Source: an uncultured Verrucomicrobiae bacterium
GTDB lineage: Bacteria > Verrucomicrobiota > Verrucomicrobiia > Chthoniobacterales > UBA10450
Assembly (NCBI GenBank): GCA_963735805.1
Contig: CAVTMK010000001.1
Span: forward strand, 288,001 to 352,000
Reading direction: 5' to 3'
Length of the DNA: 64,000 nt
Shown piece by piece: positions 19,349-30,441 of the stretch. Numbering within the stretch: the first letter of the stretch is position 1; every line of letters begins with the position of its first letter. The notes under the pieces are model-generated. The model had not been told where the DNA came from. It did not search any database and worked only from the letters and a program-made list of their open reading frames with translations. Made by a program: the position numbers and the translations under genes.

Positions 19349-19663
19349 ATGAAAACAAAAAGACTGTTCACAGTAGCAGTATTAAGCGTTGGCCTGGCAG
19401 TCACCGTTGCCGCACAAGCGAAGGAAAGAAAACACGAAGAGCAAACTATTAGCAGCTCTGATGTGCCTGCGGCGGTGCAGCAAGCTGCTCAGTCCGAGGC
19501 AAAAGGCGGAGCAATTGTTCGCTGGGAGAAGGAGGGCGCCAACTTTGAGGCCGTGATCGAGAAAAGCGGTAAACAAATTGGCGTCGAAATGGATGCCAAC
19601 GGCAAAGTGCTCAGCAAGCATAACGAAGGCAAAGAGCACAAGGAAAAAGGCGCGAAATACTAG
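19349..19663 (+). CDS. Small exported PepSY/BLIP-like protein
   Basis: Signal peptide; DVPAAVQ..EKEGANFEA..DANGKVL. Confidence 0.7.
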   Translation: MKTKRLFTVAVLSVGLAVTVAAQAKERKHEEQTISSSDVPAAVQQAAQSEAKGGAIVRWEKEGANFEAVIEKSGKQIGVEMDANGKVLSKHNEGKEHKEKGAKY

Positions 19664-20038
19664 TGAGTCTGGGTGGATCGCGTTGTCCCCTGCTATACCG
19701 AGGTGGCTCAACGCGATAGTGGGTGAAGCGCGGCGAAGGCGGATCGTTTCCTAACATCGTCTTCGCCGCCTTCTTTAGCACTAAAAGCGCCGGCTGATGT
19801 CAAGTCTCCTCGCTTAAGCAAACGCTAAAAAGCGCAAGTCAGTGCCCGAAATCACCGATCCGGTACAAGTTATACAATGCGCGAATGCCTGAATCGGAGC
19901 GATTGTCCCCAACTTTTTCGATGTAATGCGCGCCAGTAATTACAAAAATCAACGAGGGTATTTTCGGCACGCTCGTACACGCAAAAAATATCAAGACCCC
20001 CCTCTGGCACTGAAGAATGTTAGAGGGGAAGTTAAGTA

Positions 20039-21082
20039 GTGCGTTCCATTCCTCGATGCCTAAGTGCCTGTTACTTTGTCCTGATTTGCGCGACGGCACT
20101 GGGCAACGATGCGTACCAATTCGTAACTGAGATACCGATTGGAGGCGAAGGCGGTTGGGATATTTTAACGATCGAGTCGACCGCAAGCCGTCTTTACCTT
20201 TCGCACGCAACCAAAGTTGTCGTTGTCGATTTGATTAAAAATACCATTGCGGGCGAAATTGCCGACACCCCGGGCGTCCACGCATTCGTAACCGTACCCG
20301 AAGTGCAACGGGGTTTCTCGTCGAATGGCAAAGAATCGAAATCGAGCGTTGTCGATCTAACAACGTTGAAGACGACTTCGAAAATTGATACCGGGCAAAA
20401 TCCCGACGCCATTGTTTACGAACCACGTCACGGTGAGGTCTACGTTTTCAATCACACTGGCAATTCGGTCACCGTTATTAACGCGAAAGCCGCCACGGTT
20501 TCAGCAACGATTCCGCTCGGAGGAAATCCGGAATTTGCGGTGGCAGATGAAGAAGCCGGGCGAGTTTACTGCAACATCGAAGACAAAAGCGAAGTCGCGG
20601 TGATCGATGTGGACAAACATAAAGTCGTCGCGCATTGGTCGCTGGCGCCGGGCGAGGAACCAAGCGGAATCGCCTTGGATGCAAGGCATCATCGCTTGTT
20701 CTCGGGTTGCCACAACAAAATGATGGTGATGCTCGATACCGAAACCGGAAAGGTCGTCGACACTGTTCCAATTGGAGCTGGCGTCGATGGCTGTGCGTTC
20801 GATGACGCAAAGCAGCTCGCGTTCGCTTCTTGTGGAGACGGCACGACAACAATCGCGAGAGAAGAATTGCCAGACAAATTGACAGTCCTTCAAACTTTGA
20901 AGACCGAGCGTGGCGCGCGAACGATGGCGCTCGACGCTAAATCGCATTTCATATATTTGCCGTCAGCGCAGTTTCGGGCGTCACCATCGCCTTCTCCCGG
21001 CGCATCCCCGGGACGGCCCAGCGTTGTGCCCAACACACTTAAGCTTCTCGTTTACGGTCCCCCTGAATCCGTGAAACATTAG
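20039..21082 (+). CDS. YncE/YVTN-type exported beta-propeller
   Basis: GGEGGWDIL, TPGVH, G.NPDAI, repeated V.VID blades, GARTMALD. Confidence 0.85.
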   Translation: MRSIPRCLSACYFVLICATALGNDAYQFVTEIPIGGEGGWDILTIESTASRLYLSHATKVVVVDLIKNTIAGEIADTPGVHAFVTVPEVQRGFSSNGKESKSSVVDLTTLKTTSKIDTGQNPDAIVYEPRHGEVYVFNHTGNSVTVINAKAATVSATIPLGGNPEFAVADEEAGRVYCNIEDKSEVAVIDVDKHKVVAHWSLAPGEEPSGIALDARHHRLFSGCHNKMMVMLDTETGKVVDTVPIGAGVDGCAFDDAKQLAFASCGDGTTTIAREELPDKLTVLQTLKTERGARTMALDAKSHFIYLPSAQFRASPSPSPGASPGRPSVVPNTLKLLVYGPPESVKH

Positions 21083-21085
21083 AGT

Positions 21086-21826
21086 GTGCGACGGTTAACG
21101 ATTGCGATATTGATCGCAACCGCGGCGCGAGTTGCATTTGGGCAAGGCGGACCGCCGATGATCACCGATGATCCTGGCACGCCCGGAAACGGCAAATGGG
21201 AAAATAATTTTGCGATCGCATTCGAACACCGTCCAAATGAGACCTCGATCGACGTACCAGCGATCGACCTCAACTACGGAGTGGGCGATCACATCCAGCT
21301 CACATTGCAAACGGCTCCCGTACTTCTCAAGCGAAGCGACCATGGACTGATTGGCGGACTCGCCGGAACAGAAGCGGCGGTGAAATGGCGCTTTTTCGAT
21401 GAGGCGACGAGCGGCTTCGACATGTCGATGTTTCCCCGCGTTATATTTAACATCGTCCAATCATCCGTGCGCCGCGGTCTCGCTGAAGATGGCACCCGTT
21501 TTCAAATTCCATTTCAAATTGCAAAGACCTTCGGCCGCTGGCATGCGGACGGCGAGGTGGGTCCACTTGCCAGCAGTGTTGGCCGAAGCGAATGGCTTTA
21601 TGGAATTGTCGGCGGATTTGATGTTTCAAAATCCACAATGCTCATGGCGGAACTGCATGGAACGTCGCAAATGAATTTCACCAATGATGTCTGGACCTTG
21701 AACTTCGGTTTGCGCCACGAATTTACCGAAAACTACATACTGATTGTGTCGATGGGACACGAGCTTCGTTCGCCTGATCAGCCGGCGGCGTTAATCGGCT
21801 ATTTCGGGATGCAATTCGTTTACTGA
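21086..21826 (+). CDS. Putative outer-membrane beta-barrel/transporter
   Basis: Signal peptide; GPPMITDDPGTP; alternating beta-strand pattern; aromatic C-terminus. Confidence 0.65.
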   Translation: MRRLTIAILIATAARVAFGQGGPPMITDDPGTPGNGKWENNFAIAFEHRPNETSIDVPAIDLNYGVGDHIQLTLQTAPVLLKRSDHGLIGGLAGTEAAVKWRFFDEATSGFDMSMFPRVIFNIVQSSVRRGLAEDGTRFQIPFQIAKTFGRWHADGEVGPLASSVGRSEWLYGIVGGFDVSKSTMLMAELHGTSQMNFTNDVWTLNFGLRHEFTENYILIVSMGHELRSPDQPAALIGYFGMQFVY

Positions 21827-21832
21827 ATGAGA

Positions 21833-22627
21833 TCAATGCGCTTTTGAAGCGGGCTTTTGCGGGAAAATCAAGATCAGCGCAATGATCACTACCAGGAGCG
21901 CTAGCGACGCGGTGTAACGGCTCAAAGCCAAGCCGCCTTGCGCGATTGGCTTGTCGAGGAAATCGCCGACAACGGCTCCGAGCGGACGAGTCAAAATAAA
22001 TGCAGCCCAAAACAAAATGACGCGGGAAACGCTGGTCAGGTAGCAAAGAAGAGCAATCAACAAAAGTAACCCGCCGAAAACGGAAGCAGCGCCGAGATAA
22101 CCCATATCATTTGTGTCGGCCACCCAATCGCCAAGCGCCGTCCCCAAGGTCTGGGAAAACATGATTGTCACCCAATAAAAAATTTCGACCTTCGGCGTAC
22201 TTACCGTTTCGATCGATATGCTACCAGTCGACCAGCGCCAAATCAAAAGCGACGCGATCACACAGATGAGCAAGATGGTTGAACCACCGGTGTAGCCGAT
22301 GCCGAGCGATCTCGTGCAATAATCGGCCAGCGTTGTACCGATCGTCGTCGTGGCGACAATCGTCAGCCAGTAAAGGAATGGGTGAAATTTCTTGGCCCTG
22401 ATTTGAACCAGAACGACGACGACAAAAATGACGCCGAAAATCCCTGTACCAATAAGATAGCCTGTGCCTTTGGCCTCCGGGCTCGTTTCGCCGAGCCATG
22501 ACATAGTGACGGCATCGCCGCCCGTTTCACCTAGCGTCGTCGCAAGGATCTTAGTGATCCAGAAGAGAAACGTAACCTGCGGAACCTTAGCGGCGATCGC
22601 GTCGAGATTTGAATCACGTGGGTACAT
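21833..22627 (-). CDS. COG4705 / DUF347-repeat membrane protein
   Basis: KVPQVTFLFWITKILATTLGETGGD; FWAAFILTRPLGAVVGD. Confidence 0.88.
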   Translation of the reverse strand: MYPRDSNLDAIAAKVPQVTFLFWITKILATTLGETGGDAVTMSWLGETSPEAKGTGYLIGTGIFGVIFVVVVLVQIRAKKFHPFLYWLTIVATTTIGTTLADYCTRSLGIGYTGGSTILLICVIASLLIWRWSTGSISIETVSTPKVEIFYWVTIMFSQTLGTALGDWVADTNDMGYLGAASVFGGLLLLIALLCYLTSVSRVILFWAAFILTRPLGAVVGDFLDKPIAQGGLALSRYTASLALLVVIIALILIFPQKPASKAH

Positions 22628-22770
22628 TGGTTTTGCGCTCGGTTAGCCATGGCCCAACAAATTTGGCCAGGCGGTGCGCATTTTAGCCGGTGTTTTAGAT
22701 TCGTCGCTGCATCGTTAAGGGGCCTCTTAAGGTTGTTTGGCAACTCAAAAGCGCACCGTCCGTCGCTGCG

Positions 22771-23418
22771 TCAACGCGATTTATCCAAACCAAGCTTTAG
22801 ACCAACCGCTATCAGAACGGCACCCATCAGGCTGTCGAGCGCCATGATCACGCGGCGCTGTCTTAGCCAACCCGAAAGTAATTCGGTGGCACTGGTTAAC
22901 AAAAGAAACCAAAGCATGCCTTCTGCTGCATGAATCGACGCCAGCAGAATGCTGAACGACCAAACCTGAACGCCCGCCGGAATAAATTGCGGCAGGAAGC
23001 TCAGATAAAAAACGCCAACCTTAGGATTAAGAAGATTCGTCAACAAACCGCGTTTAAACCAAAGGGAATGGACTCTTTGGTCATCTTCCTTCCAGACTGG
23101 TTTCACGGCGACGTTTTCAGAAGTGGAACCGAATGCGCGAACAACCAATTTGATTCCCAAATAACTTAGATAAATAGCGCCAACGATTCGCAGCACATTG
23201 TAGGCAAACCCGGAAACGGCGAGAAGTGTGCTTAATCCGAAAGAAGCCGCCGCGCCCCACAGCAAGCAACCGGAACAGATGCCTATCCCGGCAAGCATTG
23301 CTGGTTTTCTGCCCTCCACCGCCGCGGTTCGCAAAACCAGCGCTGTATCCAACCCGGGTGCGATAGTCAGCAAACCAGCCGTTAAAGTGAACGAAAGCAA
23401 CGCTTGCCCAACTGTCAT
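22771..23418 (-). CDS. LysE-family translocator
   Basis: LTIAPGLD; GAIYLSYLG; GLLTNLLNPK. Confidence 0.92.
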   Translation of the reverse strand: MTVGQALLSFTLTAGLLTIAPGLDTALVLRTAAVEGRKPAMLAGIGICSGCLLWGAAASFGLSTLLAVSGFAYNVLRIVGAIYLSYLGIKLVVRAFGSTSENVAVKPVWKEDDQRVHSLWFKRGLLTNLLNPKVGVFYLSFLPQFIPAGVQVWSFSILLASIHAAEGMLWFLLLTSATELLSGWLRQRRVIMALDSLMGAVLIAVGLKLGLDKSR

Positions 23419-23525
23419 AGAAACCGAGTTAGTAATTGCATTCTCTCTTCCGGAGTACAAAGCAATCTCGAAAAAACAAGTTGGCGACGCGTCCAACGCA
23501 TTCGATAACAAATAGTCAAATCAAG

Positions 23526-23879
23526 ATGACGATTTCGCTTTTTCGGATTGCAGCTGTTCTTTGTTTCCTTGCGGTGGCGCTCGGCGCTTTCGGGTCCCAT
23601 GGCCTCAAACAAACGCTTCAAGCACATGGAATGGTCGATGTTTGGAATAAGGCTGTGCTTTATCATTTCATCCACGCGATCGCGCTGTTGGTCCTCGCGC
23701 TTTATGGCGCCGCCAGCCGCAACGCATGGTGGCTGCTCTTTGCCGGCATCTTCATTTTTAGCGGCAGTTTGTATGTGATGGCGCTCACAAATCTTCGCTG
23801 GCTCGGAGCGATTACGCCAATTGGTGGTCTATGTTTTTTAGCTGGCTGGGCATGGTTAATTGTTACACCGCGTCAGTAA
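23526..23879 (+). CDS. DUF423 family membrane protein
   Basis: AVALGAFGSHGL; FSGSLY; GAITPIGG...GW. Confidence 0.9.
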   Translation: MTISLFRIAAVLCFLAVALGAFGSHGLKQTLQAHGMVDVWNKAVLYHFIHAIALLVLALYGAASRNAWWLLFAGIFIFSGSLYVMALTNLRWLGAITPIGGLCFLAGWAWLIVTPRQ

Positions 23880-23935
23880 GTCAGTTCGTCGCGTCGTGCG
23901 GTCCCTATTTTTTGCAGTTTCGACAAGAGTTTGGT

Positions 23936-25036
23936 ATGCCGATGACGTTAGATGACTTGCGACATTTTGCCGTCGCGCGCAGTCTTTTCAACCCCACGAC
24001 ATTAAAACGCGCTGTCGACCTGATGGGCTTTGTTCAAGCGGACCCGATTCGTGCACCGGCTCGCGCTCAAGACCTGATATTGCGCCACCGCGTCAAAAAT
24101 TACCGCGCAGGTGAGCTCGAGCGCCGTTATGCGAAACTCGGAATCGAGGAGGATTTCTTCATCACTTACGGCTTTGTATCAAAGTCCATACACGCTCTGA
24201 TGCATCCACGTTCGACTGTTGGTGTACCCGCCGAAGGTCCTCGACCCTGGCCCACAACACGCAAACGGCGCGCAGGACTCCTATTAGAGTTTGTGCGGGA
24301 ACGCGGTGAAGTTCATCCACACGAAGTAGACGAACACTTTGCCCATGGGAGAGTCAGAAACTATTGGGGCGGCTTCTCGAACGCAACAACGCACCTGCTC
24401 GCAGCGATGCATTATCGCGGTTTGCTGCGTGTGGCGCGGCGCGAGAAGGGTATCCGTGTCTACGCTGCCTACCAACCCGGCTCAGAGCCATCCGACGCCG
24501 GGGAGCGTCGTAGTCGGATTGACGCGCTCGTTGATGCTGCCGTAAACGTCTACGGACCGTTGCCAGGCACCTGTTTGTCGGACCTTGTGCGACGTTTACG
24601 CTTTGCTGTTCCGCAATGGCGTGGCGAGCTAAAAAGCGCATTATACCGCGCTAAGGAACGGCTTTCTCGCACCCGGGTCGATGGCATCGACTGGTATTGG
24701 CCAGTGGACGAAGACCCGACGGGTTGTTCGACGTCGGCTAAAGTACGTTTGTTAACACCATTCGATCCCGTCGTTTGGGATCGGGACCGCTTTGAACTGC
24801 TGTGGGGTTGGGTGTATCGCTTCGAGGCTTATACTCCAGCAGTGAAGCGCAAGCTTGGTTATTACGCTCTCCCGCTGCTTTGGTGCGATCGAGTGATTGG
24901 CTGGGCCAACGTATCTGCCAAGAATGGGGACTTGAAGTGCGAATTGGGTTACGTCACCTCGCCACCGCGCGGTCGTGTCTTCAAACGTGAACTTGGAGCC
25001 GAATTGGATCGAATGCGTACTTTTCTGGCCCAGTAG
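23936..25036 (+). CDS. AlkZ/YcaQ-like crosslink-repair DNA glycosylase (HTH_42)
   Basis: GFVQADPI (QxD); LLTPFDPVVWDR; YRFEAYTPAVKRKLGYYALP. Confidence 0.87.
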   Translation: MPMTLDDLRHFAVARSLFNPTTLKRAVDLMGFVQADPIRAPARAQDLILRHRVKNYRAGELERRYAKLGIEEDFFITYGFVSKSIHALMHPRSTVGVPAEGPRPWPTTRKRRAGLLLEFVRERGEVHPHEVDEHFAHGRVRNYWGGFSNATTHLLAAMHYRGLLRVARREKGIRVYAAYQPGSEPSDAGERRSRIDALVDAAVNVYGPLPGTCLSDLVRRLRFAVPQWRGELKSALYRAKERLSRTRVDGIDWYWPVDEDPTGCSTSAKVRLLTPFDPVVWDRDRFELLWGWVYRFEAYTPAVKRKLGYYALPLLWCDRVIGWANVSAKNGDLKCELGYVTSPPRGRVFKRELGAELDRMRTFLAQ

Positions 25037-25205
25037 TCGCGAAATTCTGTTCACGGATAACCCCGTTAAACGTTCGACAATCAACCCCCAGAGTTGAATG
25101 GAATCCGTTGCCCACGATTCAGCGGAATCGAGTGTTAGGCGTTTTGGCCGTCTACAATGCAAGAATGCTGTTCGGGAGATTCTCTTCTGATATACTACCG
25201 GCTCG

Positions 25206-26711
25206 ATGTTTAACGCACTGTCGGAGGCAGAGCGAGCTGCGATCACAGCGGTCGTGTTCGTCGGAACATTCTTTATCGCGCTCTGGGTGGGCCGTTTTCT
25301 AAAGCACCGCGCCGGCGTACGACTTGGCCTTCTATTCCGGCTCTTCTGCTTAATTCTGGCGTTCTACGCAGCCATTAGCGTTTACGGCGTACACGCGTCC
25401 TGGCGAAATCATGTCGGTACGGCTGTCATTCTGTTGAGCACAGCGATCGTGGTCGCTCTGGTGAACCGATACGTATGGGATTTTTACTTCGAAAAGAAAC
25501 GGCATACGCCAATCCCGCATTTTCTTCGTGAGGTTGTCGGTGGGATCATTTTTCTGATCGTACTGCTGTTGGTCCTCAGCTACGGTTATCATGCCGAAGC
25601 GCAGTTGAAAGGGCTGCTCGCAGGTTCCGGAGTAGTCGCAATCATCGTCGGCTTCGCTGGACAGAATCTCTTCGCCGGTATTATCGGAGGCATATCGATC
25701 CAGATTAATCGCCCATACAAAGTAGGCGACTGGTTGCAGGTAGGTGAGCGCTTTGCTGAGGTAATGGAGATCAACTGGCGTTCGACACGATTGCGCACGA
25801 ACGACGCTATTTATCTCGATATCCCGAACAACGAGATGGTCAGTCACACCATCGTCAATCTCCATTACCCGACCGAAGTCCATGCGATGCGGATTCGCGT
25901 TGGGGTTGAGTACAAAAACCCGCCAAATCGCGTAAAGGATGTACTTTTCCGAGCAGCTTCCACAGCAGAAGGTGTCCTGCCGGAGCCGAAGGTAAGGGTG
26001 TTTCTGGTCGACTTTGCCGATTCTGCTATGACCTACGAGATCAAATTCTATATGGGTAACCACGCCAGAATCAACGAAGTCAACGACGCCGTGCGCACCA
26101 ACGTTTGGTATGCGCTCAAACGCCAGGGGATCACCATCCCCTTCCCGATTCGCACGCTGCAAGTGGAGCGCAAACCAGCGGTATCGATTCAAGAAGAATA
26201 TCAGGAAGCCCGGACAATTCTGCGCTCCGAAGCTTTGTTCGAGTGTTTGTCGGACGAGCAGATCGGCAGCCTGGTGCAGCAGTCCCATGTCAGCCATTTT
26301 GGCAGGGGCGAGCGTGTGATCAGGGAAGGCGCTGAGGGTGACTCCATGTTTGTTTTGTTGAGCGGGGCTGCCGAAGTGTCGATCTCGAAAAACGGCACCT
26401 CAATTCCCGTGGCTACCTTGAAGGCGCCCGATTGTTTCGGAGAAATGTCTCTTCTCACGGGCGAAAGCCGAACAGCAACGGTGCGCGCCGAGACCGATTG
26501 CCAGGTAATGGAGATTGGCAAGGTAGTAATGGCAGAGGTGCTCCGCATCTCTCCCGATTGCCTCGAACGGCTCAGCGAATTGCTGGCCAGGCGAAAAATG
26601 GAAACTGAAGGTTTACTTAAAGAGGCGGTTTCCCATACCCATCACGAGAGAAAAGAACGCGAATACAGGGCGAACTTCCTGAACCGTTTGCGGACATTTT
26701 TCGAATTGTAG
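25206..26711 (+). CDS. MscS-family channel with C-terminal cyclic-nucleotide-binding domain
   Basis: PYKVGDW..EINWRST; IPFP; GERVIREG..FGEMSLLTGESRTATV. Confidence 0.9.
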   Translation: MFNALSEAERAAITAVVFVGTFFIALWVGRFLKHRAGVRLGLLFRLFCLILAFYAAISVYGVHASWRNHVGTAVILLSTAIVVALVNRYVWDFYFEKKRHTPIPHFLREVVGGIIFLIVLLLVLSYGYHAEAQLKGLLAGSGVVAIIVGFAGQNLFAGIIGGISIQINRPYKVGDWLQVGERFAEVMEINWRSTRLRTNDAIYLDIPNNEMVSHTIVNLHYPTEVHAMRIRVGVEYKNPPNRVKDVLFRAASTAEGVLPEPKVRVFLVDFADSAMTYEIKFYMGNHARINEVNDAVRTNVWYALKRQGITIPFPIRTLQVERKPAVSIQEEYQEARTILRSEALFECLSDEQIGSLVQQSHVSHFGRGERVIREGAEGDSMFVLLSGAAEVSISKNGTSIPVATLKAPDCFGEMSLLTGESRTATVRAETDCQVMEIGKVVMAEVLRISPDCLERLSELLARRKMETEGLLKEAVSHTHHERKEREYRANFLNRLRTFFEL

Positions 26712-26884
26712 CAACGCGCTCTGCCGCCGCGTCGCGGATTGCATAATGAACGCCTCTACACGGCGAGGCTGACATAGGACACTCGGCAGAAAAAGTCGAA
26801 ATGGGGACTTCACATTTGTTTTCAATAACGAATTGCCAGCGCAAGAAAACCTACTAAAGTCCCCAACTTTCACCCGGAAGGTTC

Positions 26885-28963
26885 ATGAGCACTTTACTTG
26901 GCCTAACGATTCTCGATTCAGGCATTCAACTGTCAATGGTGTGCGGCCTAATCGCACTCGTGGCCGCATTCATTTTGATTGCCATAGTCGTTCGTGCGCC
27001 CGCGGGCAACGAGCGGATGCGGCAGATCGCCGGCGCGGTTCAGGAGGGCGCCAAGGCGTATCTGAATCGCCAGGTGATCACCATCAGTTCCATCGCAGTA
27101 ATCATTTTTATTTTGCTCTTTATTTTCAAGGATCGGGCCACGGCGATTGGCTTTTTGATCGGTGCGTTTTGTTCGCTTTCGGCAGGTTACATTGGGATGC
27201 GCATAGCGGTCGTAGCTAATGTTCGCACGACTCAAGCTGCAACCGTGTCGATGACCAAGGCTCTGCGAATGGCATTCAACGGCGGTGCTGTGACAGGTCT
27301 GCTCGTCGTGGGGCTCGCGCTTCTGTCGGTTTCGATTTTCTACACTGCAGTCTCACGTATTGCGGGCCCGCGAATGGCGGTCAGTAGCCTGGTTGGTCTC
27401 GCCCTTGGGGCCAGTCTTATCAGCGTGTTCGCAAGACTTGGCGGCGGCATTTACACTAAAGCCGCCGATGTCGGCGCGGATCTCGTCGGCAAAATCGAGA
27501 AAGGCCTCGAAGAAGACGATCCACGCAATCCCGCCACGATTGCAGACAATGTGGGCGACAACGTCGGGGATTGCGCCGGCATGGCCGCCGACGTGTTCGA
27601 GACCTACGCGGTGAGTTTGATCGGCGCGATACTGGTTGGCGCGCTCACGTTGCCGGGCAATTCAGCGGCCGTGGTTTATCCATTCGTCCTCGGCGGAATC
27701 TCCGTGTTTGGTGCAATCTTGGGCGTGCTGTTCGTAAACTTTGCCGGTGGCAAACCGGCCAGCGTGCTGATGGGCGGCGTGGTCACCAGTGCAATTATTT
27801 CGGCGGTTCTGTTCTGGCCGGCCACGCACTACCTGTTTCCGACAGGCATCACGGTGAGCGGACAGATGCGCTCACCAACACAATTATACTGGGCGTCGGT
27901 GGTTGGACTGGTCATGACCGCTGTCGTCGTCGCAATCACCAATTACTACACATCGATGCGCTACCGGCCCGTGCAAAAAATTGCCCGCGCCTCAGAGACA
28001 GGCCATGCGACAAACATCATCGCCGGACTCGCGGTTGGCCAGCACGCCACTGCGTTGCCAGTCGGCTTTATCGCAATCGCTATTTTGGTGAGTTTTCATT
28101 TTGCCGGCCTTTACGGAATCGCCATCGCCGTGATGGCGATGTTGTCCATGGCCGGCATCATCATATCGCTCGATTCGTTCGGTCCGATTACCGACAATGC
28201 CGGCGGCGTAGCGGTAATGAGCAATCTGCCGAAGGAGGTACGCAACGTCACCGATCAACTCGACGCCGTGGGCAACACAATGAAAGCGGTGACCAAGGGC
28301 TACGCAATTGCTTCAGCAGGTCTGGCCGCCCTTGTTTTGTTCGGCTCGTACGTACAAGAGCTGAAAGAGCACGTGACACGCAACGGCCAGCCGTTTGTGT
28401 TCGAGTTTTCGCTTACCGACCCGAAGGTGATCATCGGCTTGTTCCTTGGTGGATTGCTTCCGTTCCTCTTCACCGCGTTCAGTATGGATGCGGTAGGTAA
28501 AGCCGCCGGCGCGGTCGTACGCGAGGTGCGGCGGCAATTGCAGGCGCATCCCGGTATCATGACCGGACAGGACACGCCTGAGTACGGCACCTGCGTGGAT
28601 ATCGTAACCAAAGCGGCGTTGCGCGAGATGATCGTGCCGGCACTCCTGCCGCTGATCTTCGTGGTGGCTGTCGCCGTGATTCCACAGTTAGGTCCGGTCG
28701 TTCTCGGAGGATTGCTCGTGGGAACGATTGTCACCGGACTATTTGTTGCGATTGCCATGACTTCCGGCGGCGGCGCTTGGGACAATGCGAAAAAATTTAT
28801 CGAGGAAGGAAATCTGGGCGGCAAAGGCTCGTTTGCTCACGCCGCTGCGATAACAGGCGATACGGTGGGCGACCCTTACAAAGACACTGCAGGTCCTGCG
28901 ATCAATCCGATGATCAAGGTTGTCAACATCCTGGCGATCTTAATCATCCCGATTTTCTTCTAG
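26885..28963 (+). CDS. hppA: Membrane H+-translocating pyrophosphatase, predicted K+-independent
   Basis: [54 protein letters not shown]. Confidence 0.95.
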   Translation: MSTLLGLTILDSGIQLSMVCGLIALVAAFILIAIVVRAPAGNERMRQIAGAVQEGAKAYLNRQVITISSIAVIIFILLFIFKDRATAIGFLIGAFCSLSAGYIGMRIAVVANVRTTQAATVSMTKALRMAFNGGAVTGLLVVGLALLSVSIFYTAVSRIAGPRMAVSSLVGLALGASLISVFARLGGGIYTKAADVGADLVGKIEKGLEEDDPRNPATIADNVGDNVGDCAGMAADVFETYAVSLIGAILVGALTLPGNSAAVVYPFVLGGISVFGAILGVLFVNFAGGKPASVLMGGVVTSAIISAVLFWPATHYLFPTGITVSGQMRSPTQLYWASVVGLVMTAVVVAITNYYTSMRYRPVQKIARASETGHATNIIAGLAVGQHATALPVGFIAIAILVSFHFAGLYGIAIAVMAMLSMAGIIISLDSFGPITDNAGGVAVMSNLPKEVRNVTDQLDAVGNTMKAVTKGYAIASAGLAALVLFGSYVQELKEHVTRNGQPFVFEFSLTDPKVIIGLFLGGLLPFLFTAFSMDAVGKAAGAVVREVRRQLQAHPGIMTGQDTPEYGTCVDIVTKAALREMIVPALLPLIFVVAVAVIPQLGPVVLGGLLVGTIVTGLFVAIAMTSGGGAWDNAKKFIEEGNLGGKGSFAHAAAITGDTVGDPYKDTAGPAINPMIKVVNILAILIIPIFF

Positions 28964-29053
28964 AGCCATCGCTGATGCTACCGCCCTCTTATTGCGGGCT
29001 AAAAACGCTTGGTTTCCTCACGAACGCGTGGCAAAGTCGGGCGCTCTCGCGCC

Positions 29054-29974
29054 ATGCCTAGCGTTTCAGCATCGCCCACACGATTAAAGTTTTGGGGGAC
29101 GCGCGGTTCCATTTCCGTACCCGGGCCTTGCTCACTGCGCTACGGAGGAAACACCACTTGTGTCGAGATACGCGCGGACGGTGAGATTATTGTGCTCGAT
29201 GCGGGTTCAGGGATTCGCCCCCTCGGGCTCGCTTTAGAAAGAGAGTTCCGCATGGAGCCGATCAAGCTCCATCTATTGATCACTCATGCTCATTGGGACC
29301 ATATCCAAGGACTACCTTTCTTTGCCCCGGCATATGAAAAGAAGAATGAAATCCGTGTACGCGGCTACGACGGCGTCGATACAAGCTTCGGCAAAATCAT
29401 GGCTGAGCCAATGAAGGCGCCCTTTTTTCCCATCGCGATGCGCGAGCTTTCCGCCAGGATTGATATTAAGAAACTAACCGAGATGGAATTCTCGGCTGGT
29501 AAAGTGCAGGTGCGCGCAAGGTTTGTAAATCACCCGGGGGTATGTGCTGGTTATCGCCTGTTTACCGATGCCGGCTCAATCGCCTTTCTTCCGGACCACG
29601 AGCCATATCGGTTTCTGCATTCAGCAAAGGCCAATGACCTGAACCCTGAACAGGCGAAGAAGATTGGGATAGAGGAGCGAATCGGCCTGGTCGAATTTCT
29701 CAAGGGCAGCGACGTTCTGATTCTCGACGCCCAATACACCGATGCAGAATACGAGAGCCACATCGGATGGGGGCACGGTTCGGTTTCCAGTGCCGTCTCG
29801 CTTGCGCTCGACGCTGAAGTTAACAGGCTTCTACTTTTCCATCACGACCCAAGTCATGATGATGCCATGGTCGATGCGATGGTTGACGATGCGCGGCGAC
29901 TAATTCACGAAAGTGGAAAAGCCCTGGAAGTGGCTGGCGCGCGCGAAGGTGAGGAATTGGTTCTCAGCAACTAA
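29054..29974 (+). CDS. MBL-fold metallo-hydrolase
   Basis: FWGTRGS..YGGNTTC; THAHWDHIQG; HPG; GWGH; FHHDP. Confidence 0.9.
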   Translation: MPSVSASPTRLKFWGTRGSISVPGPCSLRYGGNTTCVEIRADGEIIVLDAGSGIRPLGLALEREFRMEPIKLHLLITHAHWDHIQGLPFFAPAYEKKNEIRVRGYDGVDTSFGKIMAEPMKAPFFPIAMRELSARIDIKKLTEMEFSAGKVQVRARFVNHPGVCAGYRLFTDAGSIAFLPDHEPYRFLHSAKANDLNPEQAKKIGIEERIGLVEFLKGSDVLILDAQYTDAEYESHIGWGHGSVSSAVSLALDAEVNRLLLFHHDPSHDDAMVDAMVDDARRLIHESGKALEVAGAREGEELVLSN

Positions 29975-30139
29975 GAGAAATCCAAAGACCAACCCCGAAT
30001 ATCGAAACAAATCCGGATATCAAAAGTTCAAATCGCAACGTTGCCGTGAAAAAACACGCTTTCGCGCTTTAATCATTTCCGTATTTTTGAGCTGGTTTCG
30101 GCTTTCGACGTTCGAATTGCGAACTTTCCGAAGCGCTTT

Positions 30140-30213
30140 TGCCTCGTGGTGTAATGGTAGCACTAGAGACTCTGAATCTCTCTGTCTAGGTTCGAATCCT
30201 AGCGAGGCAGCCA
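30140..30213 (+). tRNA. tRNA-Gln(CTG)
   Basis: Acceptor TGCCTCG/CGAGGCA; anticodon arm AGAGA-CTCTGAA-TCTCT; T-loop GGTTCGAATCC; encoded CCA. Confidence 0.97.
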
Positions 30214-30441
30214 TACTCCTCTCTTCGGCTTGCTCCTATTTTGTTGTTGCTGTGTTAAGCGCAAAAGAGACAGAATTCGATCGTAGCAAAGAAATGCCTC
30301 AACCACGTGTCTCTCGATGAACGCTCGCCCATTTAAGGAAAATCGAGCCTGAGCCGTCCCTGAAACGGGCTTTGTAGCACGCAGAGAGATGAATCACCCA
30401 GTTGGGGATAATCGCTTAATTAATTGTCTGGATAAGAAATT

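Noticed and set aside
25040..25140. GTTAGGC at 25134 as a solo attC after the AlkZ gene
   Set aside because: No matching RYYYAAC or L-box pairing upstream.
27571..28500. 309-aa Arg-rich ORF
   Set aside because: Shifted-frame shadow of hppA.
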